Source: Hypanus sabinus
Lineage: Eukaryota
Reading direction: 5' to 3'
Assembly (NCBI RefSeq): GCF_030144855.1
Contig: NC_082715.1
Span: 129,828,001-129,892,000 of the forward strand
DNA length: 64,000 nt
The notes under the pieces are model-generated. The model did not search any database. It was not told the DNA's origin and saw only the letters and a list, made by a program, of their open reading frames with translations. A program made the position numbers and the translations under genes. Positions 63,401 through 64,000 of the stretch are shown one piece after another (within the stretch, counting starts at the first letter, position 1; each line of letters opens with the position of its first letter).

Positions 63401-64000
63401 CTCGCAGGAAGATCTATCTTATTTCTGCACCGTGACTGTGCTTAGGTGCACTGGAGGCTACTGGGATGGGTGATGACATACCCATTCCCTTCTGTTCAAA
63501 CATTCATAGAATGTATTAAGCTCATTGGGAAAAGATCTGACGTTTTGTTGGCCCAGGCATCAGTAGGGAGTGGATCACCCAGTTCATTCATGGTTTCTTG
63601 TTTGGGAACACCAGATTATCCTCTTAGGTATATGTACAGTCCTCTACACAACTCCTCACGGAATTTTTCTACAACATGCAATTTTTCCACAACACAGTCA
63701 TAAATAGGCAACCGGTTGTTCTGAGACAAAGCATTCTGATTCTGGAGGATCTCATGAGAGGAAGTATGAGCCTCCCAACAATTTCCCTGATGAGCCCTCT
63801 GACAATTTTATGTTTTAATAAGATTGTCTCTCATTCTTCTTTACTCCAATGATTCGAGTCCCAATGTGTTTCATAGAACTTAACAGTACAGGTTCAGGCC
63901 TACTGGCCCACAATGTCCATGCCATAAGACTATAAGACAATTAGGCCATTCAGCCCATTGACTCTGCTCCACCATTCCATCATGACTGATTTTTTCTCCC

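Noticed and set aside
1-64000. CRISPR arrays, prokaryotic operons or defence systems; most short ORFs in the track
   Set aside because: The sequence is vertebrate intronic DNA; no regularly spaced repeats were seen, and the short ORFs map to decayed transposons or random frames.
56675-64000. CDC40 exon 2 (..VKEVQYNPTYETMFAPE) and, in 1-11781, exon 8 (GVSAVRLFP..CSMDCKIK)
   Set aside because: Searched by eye on the minus strand and not found; probably outside the window. A tblastn search would confirm.

Overview
This is vertebrate genomic DNA, AT-rich and repeat-dense. The repeat complement (HE1/V-SINE-like and DeuSINE-like SINEs, abundant CR1, Rex1/Babar and Penelope-like elements) points to a cartilaginous fish, probably a ray or shark; this is inferred from family recognition. 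The whole window lies inside the minus-strand gene CDC40/PRP17. Five internal coding exons (equivalent to human exons 3-7, numbered by homology) have GT-AG boundaries and consistent phases; the gene continues off both ends. The introns hold one full-length L1 with intact ORF1 and ORF2 and a 14-bp TSD, four larger Tc1 (DD34E-type) relics, Penelope-like RT/GIY-YIG copies, and many short copies of their hammerhead-ribozyme-bearing tail. The most unusual structure is a three-level nest at 60.9-62.2 kb: a CR1 contains a hAT MITE, which contains a deleted Charlie/Buster-type hAT that has captured the 3' end of 28S rRNA plus adjacent GC-rich sequence. Boundaries of old repeats are approximate; exon, TSD and TIR coordinates were counted by hand.
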